DNA of 64,000 bases from Porphyridium purpureum (lineage: Eukaryota): contig VRMN01000008.1 in assembly GCA_008690995.1 (NCBI GenBank), positions 682,001-746,000 of the forward strand, written 5' to 3'. The stretch's first letter is position 1; each line of letters starts with the position of its first letter. Of this stretch, positions 11,801 to 22,376 are shown piece by piece. A model generated the notes under the pieces. It did not search any database, had not been told where the DNA came from, and was given only the letters and a program-made list of their open reading frames with translations. The position numbers and the translations under genes were made by a program.

Positions 11801-12559
11801 GGATACCGTCTCCTTCGCACCGCAGCACAGGAAGCTGCGACCAGTAAAGCGAGCGGCACAACCAGTACCCGAACACAGACGAGTGCTGGGACTGTGGGCA
11901 CAAGTAGCCTGCCCGATTTGTCGGATATCCAGAAAATGCTGGATACGTGCCAGACTACGATGCAGAAGGACCTGAGTGCGATTTCGAGCCATTTACTGCG
12001 AGTTTCTATTGCGGCATGTCAGATGTTTGTAAGCTTGCACGGAATGCGAAGGTGTTTGACGCGCCTCCCGGTCGTTACTGGTCAGTACCATGGCAGCGAC
12101 TATGTAGCCTACTGGCATTACATGGAGACTGAGCAGGAGCACTGCATCATGGCAGCAGAAAAGGTACTTCTCGCTGTTGAGTGTGTTCTGGACACTTTGG
12201 TTTATTCGTCTGCCCCAGTAACATTTCGGCGAGTGGCGCTCGGTTGCAACTTTGACGAAGCCATCTCAGACAGCATCATCGATTTGGAGATGGCGCTGTC
12301 TGAGCTTGAGATTAGCCGCGAGCACTTCCGCGAGCGCTTCCTCGCGCGTCGCAAGGAGCTAATGGAACCCATTTTACGCGGACGCGGCACGGTCGCGGAG
12401 CACCTCCTCCGGTTCCACCCGGACGACTTTGTGCGTTTTAACAGCTTCTTCTTCTCTTACGTTACGTTCTTGAACAAGCTGACCCTGACGGGCGTGACTG
12501 TTGCAGTCGACGCGCAGAGCAGTCTTGCACGCATACGTGAAGCAAGCTGCTGGTCGTAG
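8897..12559 (+). CDS. ALMT/FUSC (aromatic acid exporter-like) membrane protein with two TM blocks
   Basis: ~1220 aa. N-terminal TM block, long disordered linker, then WVQTAVAIVFLP...GVQRLAGTVLGGTLG...RTVLNVIGI...VWPRFA typical of FUSC_2/ALMT. Confidence 0.8.
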   Translation: MRFTLGISQRVEARVRHVKLALQVGVLGGLVGALPVLLAGSGCCRDSIGGWIGACWAPLLTLIGATRFAPNYTLGGRMSGAAATLAGSLASDVLGATLYSIVAGIFGFSGLAYMIVMSVAMLLCLIPITVLRSWSEIAGVTRAFGTLVSFMFPGMILTTDLRVRRLFGTETGASSGSYIIAWESTSDVVVEAWKVAAWRMLSGLWAAAAIVGVSMFLFPLLSSEALVRHVDRFMLQSMDARLGALLSTLLDESEEVPLHAQQHGHELQEGAANESTPNRSRTDRFFQSTSFSLFESRSMDNDSGVNVHAPNDAQKDKSHRRLSWQLTPTFGELKDFSECGKTSALGGRGSRIPRSRSQEPLQSVDSLMLPAEDPVSPSSLHRRRSSMDAAIERMKKDLQRKGKSPYMIHRDGSESGGHGDADVPEEEDEVDGGWIGAVPERRSKWLGMHPLALARDSDGRACLLESETLCNTMSWEPSAYTKGAAELWGNVIRVLHSLLYNMQCLQLCIDGANGRRFGRKTLCQLLTPDARNLHRKFCALLVAHLERCRRLVPLMALKLPLVELQPAERPRTCRLSTRIEDEEFEVFELLEALLPPDQHSEAAPGSMPGDAQEAFPKLPKQRQHAAAYVRRSLFIYFETLSGAQSKLSASRAGEMRALYYLLVMIHSIYTDLQLLDEAVDAFGIEQEMYIITRSRASPSNQQRSSCMGTRARDHSRMADWFGERMQHDCEILFRWLMTRASLVQQAWRRFILRATVWEYLVTVQKAVKKFRAGRSDMSRAQVSDDLKYGVKLWVALWGSWMLCFWLQPLEAFQSYSLQWVQTAVAIVFLPQVDASLSLGVQRLAGTVLGGTLGYLVMLNHTVATSALLVGMLTFWISGACGYCFYVVAPSKQYGLVLFLLTYTIVVFCQFDGVAAGTFSFALQRTVLNVIGILIALGVNGAVWPRFATDAVRMNVVSATLASLKWARAGYRLLRTAAQEAATSKASGTTSTRTQTSAGTVGTSSLPDLSDIQKMLDTCQTTMQKDLSAISSHLLRVSIAACQMFVSLHGMRRCLTRLPVVTGQYHGSDYVAYWHYMETEQEHCIMAAEKVLLAVECVLDTLVYSSAPVTFRRVALGCNFDEAISDSIIDLEMALSELEISREHFRERFLARRKELMEPILRGRGTVAEHLLRFHPDDFVRFNSFFFSYVTFLNKLTLTGVTVAVDAQSSLARIREASCWS

Positions 12560-13489
12560 CCACTTTTATGAACGGCGGTTGCGGCAGAACACCCTAGAAT
12601 CTTTAAGAGGGCGAGCGAACGAAGAATGGTGCAACTTGGCAAGGTAGGACAACAGGAAGCCTGCTCTTATGTTGTGCGTTCCTTTATCGCACGCGGTGGT
12701 GGTGTTTCTTGTGTTTGGTTCCTTGTTTTTATACATGTCCATATCCACGTCGTCGGTATCCAAGTCGGATTCGATGGTGTGAAAATGCGCACGAGCCAAA
12801 CATACTCGCTCCGGGATGGTCTTCCAGATTCGGCCTTCACTTGAGCATTACACAAATAAGCTGATGCAGGTTGTTCCACCGATGCGCAGCACATTGCACG
12901 GTACTGCTTTGATGGGGTTTCTGTCGTTTTGCATCTCATTCAGCGTTGTGGCGCTGATATGGTGCAATAGCTCGATCGCTGCAGTCGGGTTTAGGATGCT
13001 TAACATGACGAAGCAGACTACCGTGGCGTGCACGAAGCGGCTAGGCCAGGCATGACGGAGCTCGCCGAACACGAACAGTGGCTGAGTGTTTCTTCACCCC
13101 TTGCAAACGTTTACGCCACGGAAATGATTGACAAGTCACTGCTGGCGGTGCCGCTTTGGCGCTTGCCCCGTATGGCAAGCTCATTCCGCTCGCACTTTCC
13201 ACCAAAGAGCAGGCTTAAACGCTGGAGAATGAACTGGCGCGTTTACGCCGTCGAGATCGGAAGCAAACTGGCGTCAAATTCGGCTTTTATGTGTGTCAGT
13301 TATTAGTTTTGCACGCATCATGCTTCACCAGGGTCCGCGACAAGTGGACCTAGGCCGGAAGGTGCCAAAATTTTCTACTTTCTAAACTACGCTGCGCCGA
13401 GTCTGACTCTGATCGCGGGGAAAGGCAAAAAGGACGACTCCATCCCGCGCGGTTGTCACGGCGCCGTGTGCGCCACAGTGAGCGGACGT

Positions 13490-13715
13490 GCGGCCGGCGT
13501 GTGCAGACCATGCAGCACGGAGCCGAAGCACACGCTAATACCACGCGCGCAGCGACCCGCGGCCCTCTTGCACGCCGTGACCTCCTCCGTGTGGATCCTG
13601 CGGCGCACCTGCCACACCGCATCGTGCCCAACCCGTCCTGCAACCATCTTGCCTGTTTGATGAACTGAGCGTCGCGCTCCCTTGTTGCTGTCCTAAATCT
13701 GCTCTTTGCTCTGTG
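13490..13715. repeat. Diverged dispersed repeat, copy B (partner ~7820-8030)
   Basis: Same orientation as copy A. Minus-strand translations RVGHDA..V.R.I..EEV.ACK.A.GR are shared. Confidence 0.7.
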
Positions 13716-15754
13716 CTCTGTGCACTCTTGCTCTTTGATCTCCTGTTGTAGAATCGCTGGTCTCCTACTTTCCTCCTGCTTGCTGTGCCCCTGCTCTTAC
13801 CACAGCGCCCCCGCCGTTGCCAGCGCGCCGTGCCGAGCGTGCTTATATAGACCGGGCATCACCGCCGGGCGCGCGGTCCTCGCATTCCCATGACGCGACG
13901 ACATGCACGGCGCGCGCACCTTCCATCCCGCTCACACCCCGCGCTAAACGCTCTATTCGCAGCAGCATCCCCATCCCCCCGCTGTCCCTCCCCCCCTCTT
14001 CGCCTCTGCTCCCCCGCGCCTCCGGCACGCATAGCGCTAAACGGTTTAAACCGGGTGCCACGCAGGCGCCGCCGCCTAAACACTGCGTTCGCGGCTTACA
14101 CCCGCACCGGCGCTCACTGCCTTTCGCTATGTCGTTTAAAATCACTCCCAACCCTCCTCCGCATCCCCGCCCGGATTCGTTTTTTTTGTCCATTTCGCTT
14201 TAATTGTTGTCAACAGCCATCACTGCAAATGTTCCTAGCAGAATCATCGTTTCTACTCATACGGTGTACATCCATGCACCCGCTCCGGCTCCTCATCACA
14301 ACTCATGGATCACGTAGATACGATGCGAACCGTCGTCTGCTCAAAGTTCTAAAAATAATAAGGAATATCATAAAACAGGCACAAACCGTGATGATGAAAG
14401 TGAAGGAGTCTTGCCGCATGACACGCAGGGAGTGTACTCGCGCGGGGGTGGCGCGCGGTTTACATCCATGCGGCAGGCAGTGAGCCGCGGCGGTTGCCGC
14501 AGACGGTTCTGGAAGCGGGAGATGTGTACGCACGAGCGGTGCGCTCAGGGTCTGGCGCGGTGACAGGTGCCGCGTCGACTCGGAAGCTCGCGCGCGTGGT
14601 TATCCGGAATGCGGCGCCGTCGCAGGTGCAGCAGCTCGCTTCAGCGCGGACGAAATCTGTCGTCATTCCTTTCGGCACGCGAAGCTTGGCGACAGGCTTG
14701 TCCAGTTCCTTATGGATACCCTCCTGCCGCGCAATAGCGCGGGACCACGAGGAGCTGTTGCACTTGCTCTGAGATGAAGTTTGAGTTTCAATACACAGCG
14801 GGCTGCATGTTGCACATGCGCAGCGATGTGCGCGGTGTCTTGCACGGGCTCCGTGAGCTGCACATTAGGCCAGCAGTCCGCCCTACGATTTAATACATTG
14901 ACGTCCCTGTTTCGTACCCGCATGAAGCGCGCCTGTCAGTTGCAAGCTATATCTCGCGCCTCGGTAACTCTGCGCGTGGCGTAGCATAGCTTCCTTTCAA
15001 TCTTGGCGCACGACAATGCTTGCTTGTCTCGTGGCCCAAAGCGTCACGCTGTCGCGCACCAAATGCGCACCACCGTCAGAACACGCGCACTGGCGCATCC
15101 CCCAAAAGAGTCGCGCCACAACTTTCACAGTTGAGCCGCTGCAGGGGCCGTGACACAGCAGCCATTTCACACATTTAATCTGAGCCGTGGAGGTCACCGA
15201 CTTGCGAGCAAATTTGTGGGCGGCGCAATGTCAGTTCATCGGTTTATTGGTCCAGCGGAACACGACGGCATGTGTCATGCCCACAAGCGCCTGACCCACC
15301 TGGTGGGATGCGTTGCCCAAGCAGCTGGCCGTGGTCCTCATGTACGAGCATGATGTCTGTCCCGCTGGCCGCGCCTGCAGAGTCCAGCATGAGCTGCCGT
15401 CGTGGTCGCCAAATCCGCGCCAAGACCGCGCGGCAAATGGCGTGCCGTGGCGCGTGCCGCTTCAGGCCGCGGCTGGTGCTCGAGAATGGCCGGGCCGGTG
15501 GTCAGACCCTCTGTGCATTCGACGAACAGCCGCGGCGGTCCGCTGAACGGCACTTGCGCCAGCTCATGCCACCGCGCTCGCACTCCTTTCGCGCGGCGTG
15601 ACGCGGGTAGTCGCTTGGCACCCGAGCTGTACCGTCGCGTTCAGTAGTGTACATCGTTTTCACATCGGGTTGCGCGACAGGGCGCGCCAGCAAGAGACAG
15701 AGAAACAGACAGACAGACAAAGACGGACGCGCCGGCTGTCGCCATGCGGCAAGA

Positions 15755-17557
15755 ATGCGTCGTTCAGCAAGCCGGAATGTGGCAGGCACATACTCTCATC
15801 CTGGCGCCGCCGCTGGATCTGGAGCTGGAGCGGGAGCGGGCGCGGCAGGCCCGAACGGCCTGCTTCCAGCGCAGCACAAGGCGGACGCGGTGTCTGACAC
15901 GTTGTTGCGCGTGCTGATGCAAACGGCGGGCTCGTCGATGCATAGCAGTACGATGAGCATGAGCCGCGCAGGGTCGTCGGTGGATAGCGCTGCGCGCGTG
16001 CTGTGGGCGCGTAGTGGGTCCGGCGGTGGCATGCAGGGCCAGCAGCTGCCGCCTTGCGAGAGCGCAGGCGCAACCGCAGCGAGCTTCAAAGCCAAGCTGT
16101 ACATTAGGTTTGTGACACCACAAAGCCGCCACGGCATCTTGGACGAAATTCAGATGAATAAGGATCAAGATGATATGCAACCTCTGACGCTGGAGCGGCC
16201 ACGCTCAAGCGCGGCGCCCTCGGAAGCGTCACAGACTTCTGGTGGTGCGAACGCGTGGCAGTTTTTGCTCGAGCGAGAAGCTCCGGAAATCGAAGGCTTT
16301 GTGCTGTTCACGTTTGTCTTGCCCGTCGGGTTTTACGAAACGCGAGAGTTTAAAGTCACGCTGTACGATCGCGGAAAGTACATAGGCTGCGCAGAGTGCG
16401 GCTTTGCATGGATTCGGATCGCCGACATTGGTGTGGAACGGCCAGTCATACCTCCCACTCGGAAGGAGCAAGCGCAGCAGCAACTCACGCCTGCGGAGCC
16501 CGCGGCGTCGAAGCGAGGCAGCCGGCAGCAGCCGTTCGCGCAGCAAGGCAAGCAAGGTTCCGGGTCGTCGCTGTCGCCTCTTCCGCACTCCGTCACGTTT
16601 TCGGTGGAGGACATTGCGAGAGCAGCAAGTTCGCTGAATTTTTGCGTCAGTTGTCGCTTCGCCAAGCAGATGAACTGGCCGTATGGCTCGCCGGCCCCGT
16701 TCCTGGTGCTCTACCGAGCGACAGCAGATCACCACTGGGTGCCGATCTACCGCTCAGAGGTGCGTTTTCGCATCGGATTGCGCGGGAAGTACGTGCTCAA
16801 GAATTTTGCCGTTGACATGTTTGCGCTCTGTGAGTACGAGCCCACGCAAAAGATTCGCATGGAGTTTTTCCACTTTACCAGTCAGGATCGCGCACCCATA
16901 CTGCTGGCGTACTCAGAATTTACAGTTCTGCGGTTGCAGACCGCTTCGCACTCGGAGGCGCTCGACATACGCGAGAACGTGATGCCGTCGTGCTTGATTG
17001 ACGCATCTTTCCAGTTGGAAAAGCGCTCAGATGAATCTGAACGCCGCCCCAACACATACTACCTAGAGGCGAGCTTCTTGCCCAAGGGTACATCATCATC
17101 GGTGTTTTTCGATGTTTCTGTGACACTGCACTCCGAGCTGTCGGTCTTTGCGGGCGCCAAGCTTTCGTTCTCGATCAGCAAGGCGCAGGGAACACCTCCA
17201 TCGGTGGCAAACCCGATGTGGGTCGAATTGTACAGGTCAGAGATGCTCAAGCCGGACCGTCGCAACGAGTTTCTCGTTCGCTTCGAAGTGGTCAAGCTCA
17301 CGCGTTCGGGCCTGTCTGCGGATCAATTGCTGCGCTTTGACTGGTACGCGTGCCGCAACAGCTGGTCCCGCAGGCGCATAGGTGCGTCTGAAATATCCTT
17401 GTCTTCGATGCGGCTACTAAGCCAAGGGTCTGGGATCAAAATCGACGTGGTGCCTGAGCTGGTACCACCGCTAGGCGGACGCCTGGTCCTACACCGGATG
17501 GAGGAGACAGTAACATCCAATTTTTTTGCCATTCAGCTCGAGCTCGGTGACCTGTAA
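15755..17557 (+). CDS. Copine-like multi-C2-domain protein (no vWA domain seen)
   Basis: PAPFLVLYR...WVPIYRSEV and WVELYRSEML...LLRFDWY...IGASEISL resemble copine C2B repeats. First ATG at 15755. Confidence 0.65.
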   Translation: MRRSASRNVAGTYSHPGAAAGSGAGAGAGAAGPNGLLPAQHKADAVSDTLLRVLMQTAGSSMHSSTMSMSRAGSSVDSAARVLWARSGSGGGMQGQQLPPCESAGATAASFKAKLYIRFVTPQSRHGILDEIQMNKDQDDMQPLTLERPRSSAAPSEASQTSGGANAWQFLLEREAPEIEGFVLFTFVLPVGFYETREFKVTLYDRGKYIGCAECGFAWIRIADIGVERPVIPPTRKEQAQQQLTPAEPAASKRGSRQQPFAQQGKQGSGSSLSPLPHSVTFSVEDIARAASSLNFCVSCRFAKQMNWPYGSPAPFLVLYRATADHHWVPIYRSEVRFRIGLRGKYVLKNFAVDMFALCEYEPTQKIRMEFFHFTSQDRAPILLAYSEFTVLRLQTASHSEALDIRENVMPSCLIDASFQLEKRSDESERRPNTYYLEASFLPKGTSSSVFFDVSVTLHSELSVFAGAKLSFSISKAQGTPPSVANPMWVELYRSEMLKPDRRNEFLVRFEVVKLTRSGLSADQLLRFDWYACRNSWSRRRIGASEISLSSMRLLSQGSGIKIDVVPELVPPLGGRLVLHRMEETVTSNFFAIQLELGDL

Positions 17558-17689
17558 TGGTTGCGTCGGTTTCTAGGTAAGTTATGGTTTCACAGAATAA
17601 AGAGATAAGCACACAAGTATCCTTCGCGCATAAGTGCGTGCAGCTGTCGTACGAGCCTTTCTGGTCTGCGCATAGTCCATCATCAAATG

Positions 17690-18016
17690 TCACTCCAACG
17701 CGCCACGCTTGATGGCTACCGCTTGCTCTGCGGAGAGAGGCGCGTCTTTCGAATTTTGCAGGTCTGCCAGAAACTCCTCGTCGTCCAGATGATACAGCTC
17801 GCGCAGACGAGCCTGGCCCTCCGGCGTGTTGGCCATCCTTGCCCGCTCAGACGCGCCCGTCCACTCCATGATCTTCAGCCCGCACACAAACGGCACAGCC
17901 ACATACATGCTGACCGTCAAGTAGTAGGCGTACTTGTTCCGAATCGGAATCCGAAAGTTGTGGATGCGATGTTTCAGCCGCTCGTGCGCGTCGCGCAGGT
18001 CTCGCAGCCTCTGCAT
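17690..18016 (-). CDS. Small single-TM hypothetical protein (108 aa)
   Basis: MQRLRDLRDAHERLKHRIHNFRIP followed by one hydrophobic segment (YLTVSMYVAVPFVCGL); coding-like composition. Confidence 0.65.
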   Translation of the reverse strand: MQRLRDLRDAHERLKHRIHNFRIPIRNKYAYYLTVSMYVAVPFVCGLKIMEWTGASERARMANTPEGQARLRELYHLDDEEFLADLQNSKDAPLSAEQAVAIKRGALE

Positions 18017-18482
18017 CGCTCGTTCTCTCCTGGACCAGCAGCCCCTTTTGCGGCTGGAACTTTCTCCTTCTTCTTCCTTGTGGCAGGTGGATGCTGGCAC
18101 GACCGTGGAATGGGGAAGCAGGACGCAAACAACATTCCGTGGACGATAAGCACGAAGCGGGATGGCGGACGAAGAAGACGATGAAACAGGAGGGCACGTA
18201 GACGCCGCGGTAAGTGCGCGGCTGCACTCGCCGCGCGCACCGGACGCGGAAAGCCGGAGGATGCCGGCGAACGGCGGCACGAGCAGCCTGTTCTTGAGAA
18301 TTGAAATTCAGCGCGAAGCGTCATTCGCGTCTCAGTCGTCGCACGGCGAAACGCACGCGGGAACTAGTCGGTTAAGCGGTGCACAGTACGGCAAATTACG
18401 GAGCCGCGGTACTTCATACAAGAGCGAGAGCGGCTCGTGCCGTGAGCTGCGCGAGGCCGCAGAGCAGCGCTGGTCGCCAAGA

Positions 18483-18836
18483 ATGTCCGAGTCGGAAGCG
18501 GCGGAGGATGCGAGGCAAGGGGGCTCACCGCGAGAAGTCTCTGCATCTTATTCGATGCGCACGCTCATTGATGCCACACAGAATGATGACGCGGGCGCAG
18601 CTAGTCCGCTCAACATTTCGCTGGGAGCGAAAGGATCGATTAAAGGCTTTTTGCTTGACCGTTTCACTGGCGGCAAGTCCAAAAGCCAGAAACAAAGTAA
18701 CGTATCTGTGGAGCAGAGCGAGAATGCGTACGCTCAAATGGACAGGCCTCTTTTGTCGCGCGCCGACCGGGGCGTAGCAGAGTGTCCGACGGGCACGGAG
18801 GCACAGCTGACGGCACGTCTGCGCGAAGACGCGTGA
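18483..18836 (+). CDS. Hypothetical protein
   Basis: Open frame MSESEAAED...; start uncertain (upstream in-frame ATGs from 18162); no motif recognised. Confidence 0.4.
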   Translation: MSESEAAEDARQGGSPREVSASYSMRTLIDATQNDDAGAASPLNISLGAKGSIKGFLLDRFTGGKSKSQKQSNVSVEQSENAYAQMDRPLLSRADRGVAECPTGTEAQLTARLREDA

Positions 18837-20759
18837 GCAAACATCCAAGCGGACATTTGCTCGGCAAACCCTGCGAGCTTTTCATTTTTGCCGCACGCAA
18901 GTGAGGTCATGCTTGTCGCCTGCTTTCGTCTTGGACACAGGCAAGACTTGGCGACCTGTGTCGGGCTTGCTGAGGAAACGAAAAGGGAATGAACAAAAAA
19001 GAATGAGAAGAAGTAGACGATACAGAACTTTTTACGTTTCAGAGGCCTGCTCCGTACAGAAGGCGGTGTTTACATTATCCGCGAGGTGAGGCTTCCGATT
19101 GATGTATGTCGCTTCCAGTCGAGAGCAATGTAAAGACATGGAAGCGCCATTTTTTTGGGGAGCAAAGCGTGTGTCCAGCATGCCGCGACTTCAGCTCGTT
19201 TTACACAAAGCCACCACTGTCACGTATCTGACGTTGAGTCTTCGAAATATTGACCGAAAATGCAAGTGCCAAGTGCATCGCAGAATGGAAGTTCGCCGCG
19301 AGATGGAGCACCACCCCGTGTGTCTTCAAAGAATTAATCCATTCCAGTGCGAGACCTTGGCCTACGAATTCGAAGCGTTCGGATCTGGTAGCAAAGTCTG
19401 ATTGTGCGACCGCAAGGCTCTCACGGTTGCTAGTTCGAGAACCGTCGGGTTTCCCGTGGCGTCGGCCTCACCCATCCATTTTTCATCGGATGCGACATGC
19501 GGCTTGATGAGCACCTTCATTCGCGACGTTGGGACTTAGGCTTTAAAGCGGCGATCCAGCTGGCGGATGTCTTCGGGTGCGCTGCCCCTGTCGCCCCTTG
19601 CTGCTGTCTCTGCGTTGGGCGCGTGCGTTTTGAATGCTTTTGTCTCGATGCCCCATACTCTTTCAGGACAGTTTCAAACCGCGTGTCTCGAGCACGCGCG
19701 CACGCCGCTCACTGTCTGCGTTCAGCAGATCGACTCCGCTCCTGCATCCTTTCGCTTTGGTCACTGTGTGCAGCTCGTTGCTTCCGACTCGGTCCTGCAC
19801 CACGCACGAGGGGTCCTCAATGACATCCGTTCGTTTGATGTAGAAATCGCGGTCGTGCGTATTCTTCATTTTGATGGACGCGTGCTGCGCGCACCCAGCC
19901 GTCAGACGTAGTCGACCAAGGTTTTGTCCAATGCGGACATTCCGCCAGCAGACTCCCTTTACCCGGTCTGCTCAAACTTGGACGACGGGGCTACCATTTT
20001 CTCTGTGCCCCTTTCGGACCCGCCTCCTGGCGCCACGTGACAACTGCTAGACCTGTTCCGTATAGATGCACACGCGCCAATCAACTCTGCACCAACGCGC
20101 TGCAACACAAATCGGCTGCAAGTCCGCGGTAAAGCCATTGCAGCACAGGGAATGGCAACCTGGGAAAGTTTTGGAGGTGAAACCGATGGGAAGGACACGT
20201 GACTTCCCATGCGGTGTTGCTTAAGATTCTGGAAGACCGAGATACTCCCGCTGTGAACATCAACACAGGGCGCGCGAAGAACACGAAAGCCAAAGAGAGA
20301 TTATCTCCAGCTTTCATGAGAGACAGAAACGTCAATCTCGGCGTGGAAGGCGCAGACAAGCACGTCAAGCGGCACCGCATTGTGGAAGTGCCAAATGTCG
20401 CGTTTGTGATAAGGAAGCTCGAAGAAACGTAAAAATCGTCCCTCTTGGCCGGTGCCACCTTGAGCGTGTCTTTTTGCGTGCGTGTTCGGACACGGATTTG
20501 TGGCCACAGGAAGCGCGTGCCGTTTCCGGTTGCGTACCAAGACGCGCTCGAATTTGCAGTGCATGCGGCGCAGTGCAACGCGCGTCAATTTTGCCGATTC
20601 TGATCGAACGCGCGCCTTTCTCCAATACTTTTCACAAAAGGAATCGTGATGGGCTGATGAATCAGCGGTAGGCGCGACAGGGAACGAAAGAGGTCAGAAG
20701 GAAAGCGGGTGCGGGGGATATTGTGTGGGCTGCATGGTGCAAGGCAGAGGCGTGGTGCG

Positions 20760-22376
20760 ATGAATGTGCTGCATGAGCTGGCGGCAGTTCCGTGGGTGAG
20801 GCTGCCGGCGGCCGTGTCGGCGTCGGCGCTGCGCACGCCGCGGCAAGTGTCGGACGATGCGCGCAATAGTTCGAACGGGCTCGTGCGTGGAACGGGCGGA
20901 GGGTCATCGGAATCCCCGCGCTCCGGGGAGTGCTCGCCACAGAATGAAGCGGCGCCCGCCTCGGAGTGTGTCTGGTGGATTAAGTGGCGCCCAGATGATA
21001 CTGCGCGCGCTTACGCGGCGGCACTCACGGACCTGAAGACAGTGTACGTGGATGTGCACACGCGCGAGACGCTTGAGACGGTCGTGGCCTTTGACGAGTT
21101 TGACACGCTCCTTCGCGAGATGCCGCGGCTCATCCGCGAAGGAAGCGTGGTTTCGGCCGTTGCCGACCCGCGCACGAACAACCTCGCGCTCGTGCTCGAG
21201 CGCAGCGACGACCGAGCGGACGAGGCCATGAACACGACTCAAAAACACCATTCCGGCAAAGGAGGCGGCAGCATTCGGCCGGGCACCGCGCGCAAAGTAA
21301 GCTGGATGTTCAGCGCGGCGCGGTTAGACAACTCGGCGGAGGCCTTGAGAGACTACTTCATCTACCCGTACATGGGCATGTCCGCTGCCTTTTCGGTCAT
21401 CACAGACAAGCTCCTGTCCCGCGTGGAAGACTTTGCGCAGGGTGGTATGATCATGAGCGGAGTAGGAAACGGTAGGAGCGACGCGAATGGCGCAGAAATG
21501 AGAAGTGTGAACAGCTCCATGCGATTGGCTGGGAACAAGAACTCGAATTTAGACGTCGTGTTCTCCCGCGAGGCGTACGTGAAAGATATGCTCGCGACGG
21601 ACTCCGACGTGCGTCTTGCGCTCTCATCCGAGGCCGTTTTGCTACCGTCAGCGCCATCGTCGTCGGCGTCGACGCGCTCAAATGCCCTGGAGACGTCGTT
21701 GTACCAGCTTTATTTTCAGAACCTGGCCAGCATACGCTCGAGAGGCGGACAGGCGAGCGAAGTGCAGGTTCAAGTTCTTGCTCCAGGAAGTTGCCATGAG
21801 CCCGTCGCTCTTCCGTCGCGAAGCGAGACCAATTTGCATCGTATCGCGACACCTAGCGCCAGTACCGGGGCCGCGCCGCGCACGCGTGCTCACGAAGCGA
21901 ATGAAAATCGATCACAAGATAGCATACGCGCATTTACGGCCACGTCCGGTGCCCCGCCGCCGGGCGCACAACACGCTCAGAACGGAGAAATGCTGCGTTT
22001 GGGCGGGACGAGTGGTCTCGTTGAGTTGCATCACGGACAGCAGCAGAACGAGGCCCCACTGGGAAGATTAGGATCTGTGAAAGCAGTCACAGACGGCAGC
22101 ACATATGCTATGCAAGGCCAGGATCGGCATCAGCAGGGACTAGGGATGGCTGTCTCTTCTGTACGGCCTCTGCACACAAGTGCCGGCCTGGCTGGAGGAC
22201 TAGGTACCGGGGGTGGGGTATCAGGGGGCGGTGCAACGCTCTCACAAGCGTCACATACGCAAAAGCGAGAGCGCGCGACGCACAGTGATCTCATTGCGAT
22301 AGATATATCAAACTCGCAGGCAAGCTTCAACAGTGTGCGGTCAACTAAGCAGCGCAAGCGCAAGAATTTGACCTGA
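20760..22376 (+). CDS. Probable XLF/Cernunnos (NHEJ1-like) non-homologous end-joining factor
   Basis: N-terminal LAAVPWVRL, YAAALTDLKTVY, VSWMF and FIYPYMGMSAAF recall XLF LLMQPWAWL, SDLQQVW, FYWNF and LIRPLMGMSLAL. Disordered tail ends in basic KQRKRKNLT. Confidence 0.65.
   Translation: MNVLHELAAVPWVRLPAAVSASALRTPRQVSDDARNSSNGLVRGTGGGSSESPRSGECSPQNEAAPASECVWWIKWRPDDTARAYAAALTDLKTVYVDVHTRETLETVVAFDEFDTLLREMPRLIREGSVVSAVADPRTNNLALVLERSDDRADEAMNTTQKHHSGKGGGSIRPGTARKVSWMFSAARLDNSAEALRDYFIYPYMGMSAAFSVITDKLLSRVEDFAQGGMIMSGVGNGRSDANGAEMRSVNSSMRLAGNKNSNLDVVFSREAYVKDMLATDSDVRLALSSEAVLLPSAPSSSASTRSNALETSLYQLYFQNLASIRSRGGQASEVQVQVLAPGSCHEPVALPSRSETNLHRIATPSASTGAAPRTRAHEANENRSQDSIRAFTATSGAPPPGAQHAQNGEMLRLGGTSGLVELHHGQQQNEAPLGRLGSVKAVTDGSTYAMQGQDRHQQGLGMAVSSVRPLHTSAGLAGGLGTGGGVSGGGATLSQASHTQKRERATHSDLIAIDISNSQASFNSVRSTKQRKRKNLT

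Noticed and set aside
14385..14420. C-box ATGATGA suggesting a snoRNA/U3
   Set aside because: No suitably placed D box with terminal stem and no U3 box A match.
15570..15601. HSFRAA as a DIRS tyrosine-recombinase motif
   Set aside because: A four-residue match with no supporting flanking motifs; chance level.
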